64,000 bases of DNA from a candidate division WOR-3 bacterium (GCA_965649295.1 CBFGKH010000002.1:64001-128000); one strand, 5' to 3'; numbered from the stretch's first letter, positions 47,393-57,827 are shown. Notes: generated by a model from the sequence alone, not told the origin. Translations and numbers: made by a program.

Positions 47393-50137
47393 CTACTTCA
47401 AGATTATCTTGGCTCCTGATTTCAGGGGCGAGAGCGCAGATGCTCGGTGGATGAAATAGACTCCGGGCGCGAGGCCGGAGACATCATTGGGGCCGGGCGC
47501 AAGGTCGAGCACCTTGCGGCCGGTGGCGTCGAGCAGAGCGATTGGCGACTGCAAATTGCAAGATGCAAAAGGCAAGTTGAGGGTGTTGCGGACAAGGGTC
47601 GGGCTCGCAACTGGTGTTCGAGCATCGGTGCGCGGCGTTTCGGCAATGCCGGGCACTGGGTTCAGCTTGCCCCAGATGCGGTGGGTGCTGTAAGTTCTGC
47701 CCCCAACCGTTCCGGCCCAGCCCTGATACACCAGAAACAGTTGGCCACCAGAGCCGCGCACCAAGGCTGGAAACCACTGACAGCCTCTCTGCCTGACTAC
47801 CGGTCCGCTGTCAAGGATAGTGCCAGCCGGGCTCACCCGCGCTCCGTAGATGTCAGTCTCGTCCCCGTCGTAGCGATTGTGCTCCCAGACAACGAGAAAC
47901 TCAGTACCGGTGAAGGCAACCTCCGGTGAGTATTTGTGATACGCTGTGGTGCAAACGACAATGCCCTGAGTGTCGAGCACAGTTCCATTCCGACTTACTC
48001 GGGCAGCGTAGATGTCGGTAATAGCGTTACCAGGATGGTACTCCCAGACAATAAGGAAGTTGGTGCCGTCAAAGGCAAGGGCTGGTACTTCTTCGCTACC
48101 GGCGGCCGTGCTTATCGGAATGCCCTGAGGGTCAAGGACGGTGCCGCCGGGCGTGACGCGCGCTCCGTAGATGTCGTAGTAAGTGCCACCGGTCCGGTAG
48201 TGCTGCCAGACTACAAGGTAGTTTGTCCCGTCGAAGGCAACCGCGGGGTCGTGCTGGTAGTTCGGGGCGGTCATGATGGGAATGCCGCCGGGGTCAAGGA
48301 CCTCGCCGTTCGGGCTAACTCGTGCGCCGTAGATGTCGTCGTTCCCCCAGCGTCCGTCGCTCCAGACAACAAGGTAGTTTGTCCCGTCAAAGGCGACCGC
48401 GCTTCCGTACTGGGCGCGCGCCGCAGTTGAGATGGGAATGCCCTGCGGGTCGAGCACCGCGCCGGTTGGACTTACTCGCGCGCCGTAGATGTCGGCATAG
48501 CCGGTATTGCTGCGAAAGTCAGTCCAGGTGACGAGGTAGTTCGTTCCGTCGAAGGCGACCGCCGGACAGTCCTGCCAGTGCGGCGCGGTAGAAACAGGAA
48601 TGCCTTGCGGATCGAGCACCGTGCCGTCGGGACCGACTCTGGCGCCATAGATGTCATCATAGAAGTCAACACTGTCGTTGCGGGTGTCGGTCCAGACGAC
48701 AAAGTAGTTCGAGCCGTCATATGCGCTCGCCGGCCACCAGTGTTCGTAGGTTCCGTACGACAGGACAACACCCTGCGGGTCGAGGACAGTGCCGCCAGGA
48801 CTGACACGCGCACCATAGATGTCGATGTCATCTTCGCCACGGCGATAGTCTTCCCAGACCACAAGGAAGTTGTTACCGTCGAAAGCGAGTGCCGGCCAAT
48901 CCTCGTCGTAACTGCCGGCAGATATCACGATAGCCTGCGTGTCAAGAACTGTGCCGCTGGGAGTCACCCGTGCACCATGGATATCAGTGTAGTCACCAAG
49001 AGTACTGGTCCAGACCACCAGGTAGTTAGAGCCGTCAAAGCTGACACGTGGTAATTCCTGGTCGTCGGCGGCAGTTGAGATGGCGATGCCCTGAGGATCA
49101 AGGACTGTCCCTTCAGGACTCACCCGCGCACCGTAGATATCCCAATAGCCATGGCGATAGTCCTGCCAGACTACAAACCAGTTGTTACCGTCAGCAAGAA
49201 CGGCAGGACTCTTTTCGTTGTAGGTCGAATCGGCTGAGACTGGTATGCCTTCAGGGTCGCGCACCACCCCGGCCGGACTGACCCGGGCAGCGTAGATGTC
49301 AGTCGCCCAAAGCCCTGTCTGTTTAATCCAAGCAACAAGGAAATCTGTACCGTTGAAAGCGATAACAGGCCAATACTGCCTGCCGGGTGCGGTTGATATG
49401 GGAATCCCCTGAGGGTCAAGCACATTGCCGCCAGGCGTTACCCGGGCGCCGTAGATATCGTCATTGGCACTCCAGACGACGAAGTACACCCCTTGGGCAA
49501 AGGCAACTGACGGCCCCAATGCACCTGTGTTCAAGGAGATAGGGATGCCGTCAGTGTCAAGAACAGTGCCGTCCTGGCTGACTCGTGCACCGTAGATACT
49601 CGGATTTAGCCGATCATGGCGCCAGTCTTCCCAGACTACGAAGTAGTTGACTCCATCGAACGCGACCCCACCCGTCCACTGGTTATCAGGTGCGGCGCTG
49701 ATGACGACCGGGAGTGTGTCAAGCACGACGCCGCTGGGGCTGACTCGTGTGCAATGTATGTCGTAATTACCAGAACTGCCGTCCTGCCACACGACCAAGT
49801 AGTTGGTTCCGCCAAATTCCACCGCCGGATAGTCCTCACTACCTTGGGCGACTACGACAGTCCGGTTGGTGTCCAATAGAAACTCGCCGTCGTCGGCGAG
49901 CTGCTCTTTGCCTGTTGTCCGCTCTTCTATTCGGCCGCGGTGCTGGTGCGGCTTTCCTGTTCGGCCTGACTCCAGGGTAGTAGCTCCACCAAATCTTCGG
50001 TTGCGACGCACCGACCGTACGACTTCCTGCGGGTCAAAGCCGGTGGGAGCGCAATCCTGCTGGCAAAACAGGTCATAGGGCGCTGCCAGCGCGACCAGGG
50101 CCAGACTCAGAAGTAGGGTCATCACTACTCTTTTCAT
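47393..50137 (-). CDS. Large secreted tandem-repeat protein with C-terminal sorting module
   Basis: 13 clear and 1 degenerate ~58-aa repeats of AFDGTNYLVVW...DIYGARV.P.GTVLDPQGIPIS. Confidence 0.88.
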   Translation of the reverse strand: MKRVVMTLLLSLALVALAAPYDLFCQQDCAPTGFDPQEVVRSVRRNRRFGGATTLESGRTGKPHQHRGRIEERTTGKEQLADDGEFLLDTNRTVVVAQGSEDYPAVEFGGTNYLVVWQDGSSGNYDIHCTRVSPSGVVLDTLPVVISAAPDNQWTGGVAFDGVNYFVVWEDWRHDRLNPSIYGARVSQDGTVLDTDGIPISLNTGALGPSVAFAQGVYFVVWSANDDIYGARVTPGGNVLDPQGIPISTAPGRQYWPVIAFNGTDFLVAWIKQTGLWATDIYAARVSPAGVVRDPEGIPVSADSTYNEKSPAVLADGNNWFVVWQDYRHGYWDIYGARVSPEGTVLDPQGIAISTAADDQELPRVSFDGSNYLVVWTSTLGDYTDIHGARVTPSGTVLDTQAIVISAGSYDEDWPALAFDGNNFLVVWEDYRRGEDDIDIYGARVSPGGTVLDPQGVVLSYGTYEHWWPASAYDGSNYFVVWTDTRNDSVDFYDDIYGARVGPDGTVLDPQGIPVSTAPHWQDCPAVAFDGTNYLVTWTDFRSNTGYADIYGARVSPTGAVLDPQGIPISTAARAQYGSAVAFDGTNYLVVWSDGRWGNDDIYGARVSPNGEVLDPGGIPIMTAPNYQHDPAVAFDGTNYLVVWQHYRTGGTYYDIYGARVTPGGTVLDPQGIPISTAAGSEEVPALAFDGTNFLIVWEYHPGNAITDIYAARVSRNGTVLDTQGIVVCTTAYHKYSPEVAFTGTEFLVVWEHNRYDGDETDIYGARVSPAGTILDSGPVVRQRGCQWFPALVRGSGGQLFLVYQGWAGTVGGRTYSTHRIWGKLNPVPGIAETPRTDARTPVASPTLVRNTLNLPFASCNLQSPIALLDATGRKVLDLAPGPNDVSGLAPGVYFIHRASALSPLKSGAKIILK

Positions 50138-50149
50138 CTTTCCTCCTTC

Positions 50150-51403
50150 TCATCGTTGAATGATGACCTTACGCATATCGGATTTCTGGCAGACGAAATA
50201 GACTCCGGGTGCGAGGCGGGAGAGGTCGTTTGGGCCGGGTAAGAGGTCAAGCACCTTGCGGCCCGAGGCGTCGAGGAGGGCGATGGGGAAATGCAAGCTG
50301 CAAGTTGTCGAAGGCAAGTTGAGGGTGTTGCGGACGATGGTCGGGCTGACGAGGTGCGGGGCAGAAGGTGAGGGGTGTGGTTCAGCGGTTCCGGTGGTAA
50401 TGCCGGTGCCGCGGTAGTGGACAGCAAGGGTTCGGTAGCCGCAGACGCAGTGCAGGCCGAGAGTGCCGGCGGAGTCGAGCACGCCATAGGCTGCGGCCTG
50501 AATGTTCTCAGGCAAGCTGGTCTCGTTGGACCACTGGTTGGTATGCTTGTCGTAGCAGGCGACGCCGTTCGTTGATGTCCAGCCGTTGCCGCCGCCCCAG
50601 GCCCAGATGTAGCCGCCGGCAGCGCCAAGGCAGCAGGAGTTGCCGGCAGTGTTTGGCGGGGCGTCGGGCAGTATCTTCCAGACGCCGGTGGCAGGATTGT
50701 AGCGCTGAAACCCGAGTGAGTTCTGCCAACCGCCAAGTTGCCAGACCTGGTCGTCGGCAACACAGATAGCACCGTAGTAGTTGCCGGGCAGGGCGGGTTG
50801 GGGACGCGCTTCCCAGGTGCCTTCGCGGATGCTATAACGATGAAACTCGCAGACCTCCTGGCTCAGGCGGTGGATGAGAAAGACCGAATCGCCGACCACG
50901 GCGGCCATATTGCCGGTCCAGGGATTGCCCGGATACTCAGGCACTTCGGTGCTGGACCAAGTGTTGGTTGCTTTTGTCCAGTGGTAACAGGTTTTGTAGG
51001 TGGCAGCCGGGGTGTAGCGGCCGAAGACGTAGATGCCAGATGAGTCGGTGCCAACGCCGTCATCGGTCCACCAGACCGCAGCCTGATTGCAATTGGGCTC
51101 GGGCAAGGGCGCAATTGTTGACCACTGGCCGGTGCGGATGTTGTACCGGTAGCAGTCGCTGTAGATTTCACCGTTGCGACCGCCGATAACATACAAGTAT
51201 TGTGTGTCGCCGGGTTCGACGCAGGACATTGGCCGGAACCGACCGCTGGCAGGATAAGTCGGTTGGCTATACCAAGTGATACTGAAAAGCTCGACCGCGG
51301 TTGGGGCTGGCAGTTGGATAAGCTCGGACGGACCGTCAGCCGGGTCGGGCATTGCGGTGACCAGTGACACGGCCACCAGCACGAGCAGTGTCAGCTTAAT
51401 CAT
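50150..51403 (-). CDS. Secreted Kelch-like repeat protein with C-terminal sorting module
   Basis: YVIGG...YN...W and WQLGG...RYNP..W motifs; signal peptide; AAGGAGG RBS. Confidence 0.8.
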   Translation of the reverse strand: MIKLTLLVLVAVSLVTAMPDPADGPSELIQLPAPTAVELFSITWYSQPTYPASGRFRPMSCVEPGDTQYLYVIGGRNGEIYSDCYRYNIRTGQWSTIAPLPEPNCNQAAVWWTDDGVGTDSSGIYVFGRYTPAATYKTCYHWTKATNTWSSTEVPEYPGNPWTGNMAAVVGDSVFLIHRLSQEVCEFHRYSIREGTWEARPQPALPGNYYGAICVADDQVWQLGGWQNSLGFQRYNPATGVWKILPDAPPNTAGNSCCLGAAGGYIWAWGGGNGWTSTNGVACYDKHTNQWSNETSLPENIQAAAYGVLDSAGTLGLHCVCGYRTLAVHYRGTGITTGTAEPHPSPSAPHLVSPTIVRNTLNLPSTTCSLHFPIALLDASGRKVLDLLPGPNDLSRLAPGVYFVCQKSDMRKVIIQR

Positions 51404-51422
51404 CAAGCCTCCTTGCACGATG

Positions 51423-51450
51423 ATTGTAGGCTGACGATGTTTTGTGTCAA
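51423..51450 (-). promoter_or_regulatory. sigma70-type promoter of the secreted-protein cluster
   Basis: TTGACA-16nt-TACAAT on the minus strand. Confidence 0.65.
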
Positions 51451-51650
51451 TAATGGAGGGGCAGGGTTTGGCCCTAATCTATGTTATAGGCGCTGGTGGA
51501 GGGAATTGAGCGGGGAAAATGAATGTCTTGGGATGTGGCGTCGGGTTGCGGGGAACGGGTTGTATATCGGAAAGTACACAGGCCGCGGGCTAGGAAGCAT
51601 GGCCTAACTTCCGGTTTGTCAACTGATTAGCCGTAGGAATCGTTTCTTGG

Positions 51651-51950
51651 CCCCCCATCCCGGGGACTGTCCCGGGAGTGGTCTCGGATTGGCTCTACGA
51701 GCTGCTTGCTCGCGTGGTTTGTCCGGTTCTTGGTGGTGCTATTGCGCGAGGAGTTGCCCAAGCGGTCTGGGGCTGGGCCGGTTCGGCTGATTGGCTAACT
51801 GCTCCTAGGCCCGATTCGGCGATTGCTGGCCAAGACGTTCTTGCCAGCGCTGGGTAATGCTCTTTTCTAGCTCTCTCGGCTGCTGCTGGTCAGCATGTTG
51901 GGCAGCGGGCTGGTCAGCAGGTGCCGATAGGGGTCTGGTCGAGACCGATG
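51651..51950. repeat. 12-bp-phased degenerate array 4 (about 24 units, one 1-bp slip) with cap CCCCCCATCCCGGGGACTGTCCCGGG
   Basis: T at position 9 in 9/9 units from 51662 and in 10/14 units from 51783. Abuts the TPR gene stop. Confidence 0.75.
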
Positions 51951-53681
51951 CTAGTGGGGTAGCTGCTTTTTGGCGGCGAGCCGGTTGAAGCCGTCGGCAA
52001 GAAGACCGGCGACAGCAGTAATGAGCAGCGTGCTGCCAGCGGTGAGTGGCTCGCTTGGGCCTTCGAGGTGGATGCGGCCGACTGGTTTCTTGCCGTCAAT
52101 GACCGGCCAGCTTTGAATCTGAGCGGTGTCAATGATGTCGAAGGGGCCGAGCCGTTGGGCCGGAACGGGGTCGAGCCCGCCGTGCTTTGCTACAACCTGG
52201 CCGTTCTGCAGGGCGATGCCGTTATTGAAACGAAGGGCGGTACAGAGCAGGGTGAGGGCTTCGGCCAGGAAGTCGGCGGGTTCGAGATTGATGCCGGCAA
52301 GGCCGGTCAGTCCCAGTAGCAGAGCCTGCTCGCGGTCGCGGGCCAGGGCAATTTTGAAGAGCAGTCGGTTGGTGCTCACTGCCTCGGCAACGACCCGGAG
52401 CTTGCGAAAGGTTCGGCCAGCAGCTTCGAGCAGCTCCAAGGCTGCGTCGGTCTGGTTCTGGGCGAGGCGGAAGCAGCCGTATTGGAATCGGGCAGTGGCG
52501 AGGGCATAGCTCTCCTCGGCATCAGCCAAGAGTTCGATGGCGGCGTCAAAGGCGGCCGCGGCCTGGCTTGGTTCCTCTTGGGCAGCAAAGATGCGGCCGA
52601 GCACGAGCAGGGCACCAGCCTCGACTGGTCGCGCACCAGTTGCTTGGGCTAGGGTCAATGATTCGTCGCCGTGGTGTCGGGCAGTGGCGAGGTCGTGCTG
52701 GTCGAGGGCAAGCTCGGCCAGGCGCGAGTGGACGAGTGCCTGCAGCCGACGATCGCCAGCAGCGATTGAGCGGTCAAGGGCCTGCTGATAGGTGGTTCGG
52801 GCGCTGGTAAGGTTGCCCTGGCGTTGGTAAGCGAGGCCGAGATTGGCGAGGATGTCGCCGTAGGCGGATGGGGTGTCGGGTGTTGGCGCCCTGGTGAGCT
52901 CGTCAGCGGCCCGGCGAAAGAAGTCAATGGCCTGGCCAAGCTGATTGCGGTGAAGATAAAGCTCGCCGAGGCAGTTGCAGGTGTCGCTAATGGTCTCATG
53001 CCGGCCTTGGACAGCGTCGTCTTGCAGCACGCGTTCAAGGCAGTCAACTGCGTCTTCCCAGCGGCCGAGCGCTTCGAGCGCCCAGCCGAGGTTGTAGGTG
53101 ATGACAATCTTGGTGCGGATATCGCCCTGCTCTTCGGCGAGATTGTAGGCCTGCTGGTAGTAGGTGAGGGCGGTCTCATGGTCGCCTTGCAGGCCGGCAA
53201 TGTTGGCGAGCATCATCAGAACCGAATATTCGGCATCAGGTGGACCTTGTATCTGCCAGTGCTGGCGGGCCTTCTCGAAGAGGGCGCGGGCCTCGTCATA
53301 GGCGCCACGGGTGTAGGCGATTTCGGCCGCAACGTAGTCATTCGAACCGAGAATGTGCTCGCGTTTGGCGGGTGAGAGGTCGGCGGCCGCGCGGATGAGC
53401 TGGCGGAACTCTTCGGCTTCAGCGAGCAGGCCGATGCCAATCATCGCCTCGGCAGCACGGATAGCATATTCGCCCATCCGGCGCTGATTCCCGAGGCGGT
53501 GGGCAGTCATAATCGCTTGGTGGAACAGCTCGCTGGCCTGGGTTGGGTCTTGAGGACAGATGCGGCGGGCGGTCTGGAATTGCTGCTCGGCCCGCTCAGC
53601 CGAGTCGGTCACCGGGCTGGTGCCCGCAGGCGCGGTATCGGGACTCTCCTTGCCGGAATCGTCATCCATCGCTACGGCCAT
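51951..53681 (-). CDS. Tetratricopeptide repeat protein
   Basis: Repeated NLG...G...A...Y..A helices. Confidence 0.85.
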   Translation of the reverse strand: MAVAMDDDSGKESPDTAPAGTSPVTDSAERAEQQFQTARRICPQDPTQASELFHQAIMTAHRLGNQRRMGEYAIRAAEAMIGIGLLAEAEEFRQLIRAAADLSPAKREHILGSNDYVAAEIAYTRGAYDEARALFEKARQHWQIQGPPDAEYSVLMMLANIAGLQGDHETALTYYQQAYNLAEEQGDIRTKIVITYNLGWALEALGRWEDAVDCLERVLQDDAVQGRHETISDTCNCLGELYLHRNQLGQAIDFFRRAADELTRAPTPDTPSAYGDILANLGLAYQRQGNLTSARTTYQQALDRSIAAGDRRLQALVHSRLAELALDQHDLATARHHGDESLTLAQATGARPVEAGALLVLGRIFAAQEEPSQAAAAFDAAIELLADAEESYALATARFQYGCFRLAQNQTDAALELLEAAGRTFRKLRVVAEAVSTNRLLFKIALARDREQALLLGLTGLAGINLEPADFLAEALTLLCTALRFNNGIALQNGQVVAKHGGLDPVPAQRLGPFDIIDTAQIQSWPVIDGKKPVGRIHLEGPSEPLTAGSTLLITAVAGLLADGFNRLAAKKQLPH

Positions 53682-53729
53682 AATAGGGCCGGTTGAGCGG
53701 TTGTCAAAGACTATTTACCGGTTGGCGAA

Positions 53730-55523
53730 CTAGCGGGTGACGACGAGCTTGGTTACGCCGGTGCGGGTGGGAAAGAAATAGATGCCGGGCCGGATGGTGG
53801 TGGTGCCGACGCGGCGGCCAGTGGCGTCGAACAAGGCGTTGCTAGATTGGAGATTGCAAAGTGCAAATGGCAAGTGGGCGTTGTGGCGGAGGATGGACGA
53901 AGGGGTCGCGGCCACAGGTTCGGTAACGGCAGTGCTGGTGCCAAAGCTTAGGTCGTCCCAGTAGGCGAAGCCGCCGAAGCCGAGCAGCTTCAGATTGAGC
54001 CGGGCAAATTCGGTGCCGGCCGGAGCTACTACCGGGCCGGTGGTCAGTTCGATCCAGGCGCTACTGTCCCGGACGATTTCGGCCGAGCTGGCACTGGCGA
54101 TGACCTCGTGGTTTGCGTTGTACCACTCGATGACCAGTTGCAGGCGGTTGCCCCGGCCGTCGTCCTTGTAGGCCCAGCCACGGAACTCACACAGGCTGCC
54201 AGGAGTGACGCGGACATCCTGAAAGACAGAGGAGCGGACTGGCCAGGGATAGCCGAGCGAGTCGGGTTGCTGACCGATGCTGGCCGAACCAGAGTGAACG
54301 ATCGCGGTCTCGCGGTGGTAGCGCGCCTTGCGGCCTTCATACCAGCCAGCCGGATTGGCGGTGGTGTCGCTGGGCACGGCTAGGGTGTCAAGATACCAGG
54401 TCTCACAGTCGCCATTGGTGAAGGCGGCCAGCGGCGGGTTGAATGATTCGCGCAATGCGGCCCAGAGTTCGGGCCGAGCGCCGTCGTAGCCGAGCGCCCA
54501 GATGCCGGTCCCGAGCAGGTTGTGGCGATGGACCTCCTGATACTTGAGCAGGAGGCTCGTGTCGTCGTCGAACCAGCCCTGGTTCCAGCCGCCGTTGTAG
54601 AAGGCGTACCAGGGAGTCTGGGATTCAGCGTCCCAGCGGTAGCCGTGGGCAGCGGCCCGGCTTGGTGCGTCACGGTAGTAGAGCGCTTCGCCGTAGCCGG
54701 CAGTGGCTGAGTGGGTTGTCTCGGCGCGGGTCGGCCACTGAAAGCCGTAGTAGGGCAGGCCGAGATAGAGCTTGCTGCCGTTACCAATCTCGTTCAGATA
54801 GAGATTGAGGGTCAGCTGGAGATTGCCGTAGAAAGGCCAGCCGGTGAGTGGTGCGACCGGCCCGGCTTCAGGACCGCCCTGCCAGTGATAGTTATAGCCC
54901 ATAATGAAGAGGCCGTCGGTCGTGTCGGCCAGAGCGGCAAAGTCGTAGGCGTTGGCAGGGTCGAGCGGCATTGTGGCCATGGTCAGTTCGAGGCCGGCGC
55001 TGCGACAGGCGCGAGACAACGCCTGCATAAAAAGCACCACTGTGTCCCGGTCTGCCGGGAGAATCTCCTCAAAGTCAATGTTGATGCCGTCCATCCCGGC
55101 AGTAGTGGCAAGGGCAATGAGATTCGGAATCGCGGCCGGAGCGCGAATCGCGTGATGGATGTTGTACCAGCCGAAGCAGGTTGCCACCAGCTCGCACTTG
55201 ACGCCGTTACGATGGGCGCGGTCAATGGCCGCAGCCCAGCGAGTCGGAAAGTTGTTATCGTTGGTGATACTGCCGTCCGGGTTGAGGGTGACATCGAAGA
55301 TGCCGATGTGGGTAAGCAGGTCGTAGTGAAGCCAACGTTCGTCAACCCAGTAGGGCAGGTAACCGTAGATGCGGCGGATGGGCGGTGAGTCAGGACCGGG
55401 CTGGAGCGGTGTCGGTCTTGGCCCGGAATGGGGCGCGGCTGGCGCTGGTGGGTGGGTGATGGCTTCCTGCCAGTGAATAGAGCTGGGGCCGGACGCCGAG
55501 ATGAGAAGCAGCAGTAGTAACAT
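53730..55523 (-). CDS. Secreted glycoside hydrolase family 18 with CBM-like and C-terminal modules
   Basis: DGINIDFE catalytic motif; MGYNY, LGLPYYG and GIWALG. Confidence 0.88.
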   Translation of the reverse strand: MLLLLLLISASGPSSIHWQEAITHPPAPAAPHSGPRPTPLQPGPDSPPIRRIYGYLPYWVDERWLHYDLLTHIGIFDVTLNPDGSITNDNNFPTRWAAAIDRAHRNGVKCELVATCFGWYNIHHAIRAPAAIPNLIALATTAGMDGINIDFEEILPADRDTVVLFMQALSRACRSAGLELTMATMPLDPANAYDFAALADTTDGLFIMGYNYHWQGGPEAGPVAPLTGWPFYGNLQLTLNLYLNEIGNGSKLYLGLPYYGFQWPTRAETTHSATAGYGEALYYRDAPSRAAAHGYRWDAESQTPWYAFYNGGWNQGWFDDDTSLLLKYQEVHRHNLLGTGIWALGYDGARPELWAALRESFNPPLAAFTNGDCETWYLDTLAVPSDTTANPAGWYEGRKARYHRETAIVHSGSASIGQQPDSLGYPWPVRSSVFQDVRVTPGSLCEFRGWAYKDDGRGNRLQLVIEWYNANHEVIASASSAEIVRDSSAWIELTTGPVVAPAGTEFARLNLKLLGFGGFAYWDDLSFGTSTAVTEPVAATPSSILRHNAHLPFALCNLQSSNALFDATGRRVGTTTIRPGIYFFPTRTGVTKLVVTR

Positions 55524-56170
55524 CAGCTGGCCGGTTTGTACAGCAGCACGACGTCAGCATCGGCAAAGTCGCTGGTCCAGCCAAACCGGGCCGCGATGTG
55601 CCGGAACGTGGTCGCAGTGTAGAAGACGACGTGGGTAGGGTCGCGGCGATAGTGCCAGGTGGCGAAGTCCTGTCGAGGAGTGAGCAGCCGGGTCATCACC
55701 CCGAGCCAGCCGTTTGGTCGGAGCAGGCGATCGAGGCGGCGGAGTTCGACTGCCGGCTGGTGGAAGTGCTCGAAGACTTCAGAGCAGGTGATGAAGTCGT
55801 AGTGACCTTCGAGCGCGGCCGGGTCAGGCGCAAAGAACGGGTCGTAGCGCCGGACCGAGTGACCGGCAGCGGCGAGGATTGAGCCAAGCAGCGGGGTCGG
55901 GCCGCAGCCGTAGTCGAGTCCCGACTGCGATGAACCAAGGCGCCGAAGGAGTGGTCGGGCCAAACGTTCTAGAAACCGACGGTAGCCAGGGTCGGCAGGG
56001 TCGTTCTGGTGCTTTTGGTAGCGGGCAAGCTCGGTAGCCGGGTCGGGAAGACAGGCCGGGTCGAGAAAGACCGCCTGGCAAACCGGGCAGCGCCAGTAGT
56101 ACTGATTGGCGCTGGTGAAATAGGGCGCAGGTTCGGGTGCGCAGCAGACCGGACAGGATGGAGTCGGCAC
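55523..56170 (-). CDS. SAM-dependent methyltransferase with N-terminal zinc finger
   Basis: CPVC..CPVC, LDYGCGP, YDPFF and RRDPTHV motifs. Confidence 0.88.
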   Translation of the reverse strand: MPTPSCPVCCAPEPAPYFTSANQYYWRCPVCQAVFLDPACLPDPATELARYQKHQNDPADPGYRRFLERLARPLLRRLGSSQSGLDYGCGPTPLLGSILAAAGHSVRRYDPFFAPDPAALEGHYDFITCSEVFEHFHQPAVELRRLDRLLRPNGWLGVMTRLLTPRQDFATWHYRRDPTHVVFYTATTFRHIAARFGWTSDFADADVVLLYKPAS

Positions 56171-56171
56171 G

Positions 56172-56555
56172 CTAGTGGGGAGTGAGCGCTTTGTAAACCG
56201 CGGCCATCAGGCAGCGGCTCGAACCGGTCGCGCCGGCAACAACATCAACGTCCGGACTCTGGGCGGCAATAATCCGGTCGAGGGTGGCGCGGGCATCGTA
56301 GCCGGGGCCGCAGCGCTGGTCAATAACTTCGATGGCAGTGATGCGATGGTCGGCAACGCGGACCCGGACATGGGCTGCGACGAGAAAGTCACCGAACTTG
56401 CCCTCGTAGTCACCGTCAGCAATCCCGGACAGGTCAACCGTAGCCCGGGGCGCGTTGAGCATCACCGTGCGCATCTTGTTGAAGCGGAACGAGAACCAGC
56501 CGACTGCGCCGAGCAGCAGCACGACCGGCACGCCGATGAGGAGTGCGGGTTTCAC
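56172..56555 (-). CDS. FMN-binding domain protein
   Basis: DGDYEG and VDVVAGATGSS flavinylation-type motif. Confidence 0.82.
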   Translation of the reverse strand: MKPALLIGVPVVLLLGAVGWFSFRFNKMRTVMLNAPRATVDLSGIADGDYEGKFGDFLVAAHVRVRVADHRITAIEVIDQRCGPGYDARATLDRIIAAQSPDVDVVAGATGSSRCLMAAVYKALTPH

Positions 56556-56714
56556 AGGCCCAGTCTAGCCGGTGACTTGACTGGCGTCAATCGCAGAGGT
56601 GACACGGCGGGGCAAGGTTGTAAGGGCTTGATAATCAATGCCTAATAGGACTGGCACAACAGTTGCGCCAGTTTCGCCTTGACTTGCCTTGGGCGCCGGC
56701 TATGATTCGGCACC

Positions 56715-57746
56715 ATGGCGAAGAAATACACGGTGCTTGAAACCTGGATTGTCAACACGACCAAGCCGGTTGAGTCGAACTCGGCCGAGCAGACTTATGA
56801 GCGAATCGAACGCCAGGGCGGCGGCCGGCTGCCGGTGATTGACATACCGCAGGAGCTGCGGCGAGAGGAAGATTTTATTGACGAGGCGCAGGTGCGCGAC
56901 TTTGTGGCCCATCTTGGGTCGGCGCAGGAAGTGCTCGACATTGGGCCGGGTGACGGCTGGCCGCTACTGCGGCTGGCGCCGTTCTTTCGGGCGGTCACCG
57001 GGGTTGACGCCTCAGCCCGGCGGGTTGAGACGATCAAGGCCAATGCCGAGAAGCTCGGCTTGAAGAACGTGACGGTTCGCCTCGGCTCGGCGCTCGAACT
57101 GCCGTTTGCCGACAAGACCTTCGACGGCGCGGTTGCTAGTTGCAGCATCGAGGAGACACCAGACAGCTTTGCGGCCCTGCGCGAGGTCTATCGGGTGCTG
57201 AAGCCGGGCGGCAAGTTCCGGGTCAGCTTCCAGTCCTACGACACCAAAGACCGGGGTTTCAGTGAGGGGATGATGCTTTCCGAGACCGCTGATTCGCTCG
57301 GCTATCACTATTTCATCAAGCACCGGTTGCCGCCGTGGGAGCGAAACTACCTTGTCAAGTTTGCGGTCACGCCGGAGATGAAAGAGGCCTTTGCCAAGCT
57401 GGCCGACCTGGTCGAACGGCTGGGGACGAATCCGAGTGCTAATCCCGAAATCGGCTTGGAGTTTTTGGAGCGGCACCAGGCGCAGATTATCGGCGCGAGC
57501 TGGTATGAGCTAGAACACTTCACCAGCCAGACGATGAAGGAGAGCCTGGAAGAAGTCGGTTTTGTCAATGTCCGCTGCACCTATTCGGCAGGGACCTTGG
57601 CGCGGACGTGCTGGCCGCGGCTGCGCGATGTTGAGCTTGGCGACAGTCAGGCGCAGGCGGTCTGCGCCGGGCTGGCCGATGTCGCGCTCGGCCTTGAGGC
57701 ACCCGGCCACTCTGGCGAGCCGGTGACGGCAACCCGGCCGGCCTGA
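56715..57746 (+). CDS. Class I SAM-dependent methyltransferase
   Basis: VLDIGPGDG, LPFADKTFD and RVLKPGG motifs. Confidence 0.85.
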   Translation: MAKKYTVLETWIVNTTKPVESNSAEQTYERIERQGGGRLPVIDIPQELRREEDFIDEAQVRDFVAHLGSAQEVLDIGPGDGWPLLRLAPFFRAVTGVDASARRVETIKANAEKLGLKNVTVRLGSALELPFADKTFDGAVASCSIEETPDSFAALREVYRVLKPGGKFRVSFQSYDTKDRGFSEGMMLSETADSLGYHYFIKHRLPPWERNYLVKFAVTPEMKEAFAKLADLVERLGTNPSANPEIGLEFLERHQAQIIGASWYELEHFTSQTMKESLEEVGFVNVRCTYSAGTLARTCWPRLRDVELGDSQAQAVCAGLADVALGLEAPGHSGEPVTATRPA

Positions 57747-57827
57747 CAAGGGCTTGACGCACCGAGTCTGGCGCGTTACGCTTGATACCATCATGCGTGT
57801 CCTGCCCGAACGCAGACGGAGGTGCCA

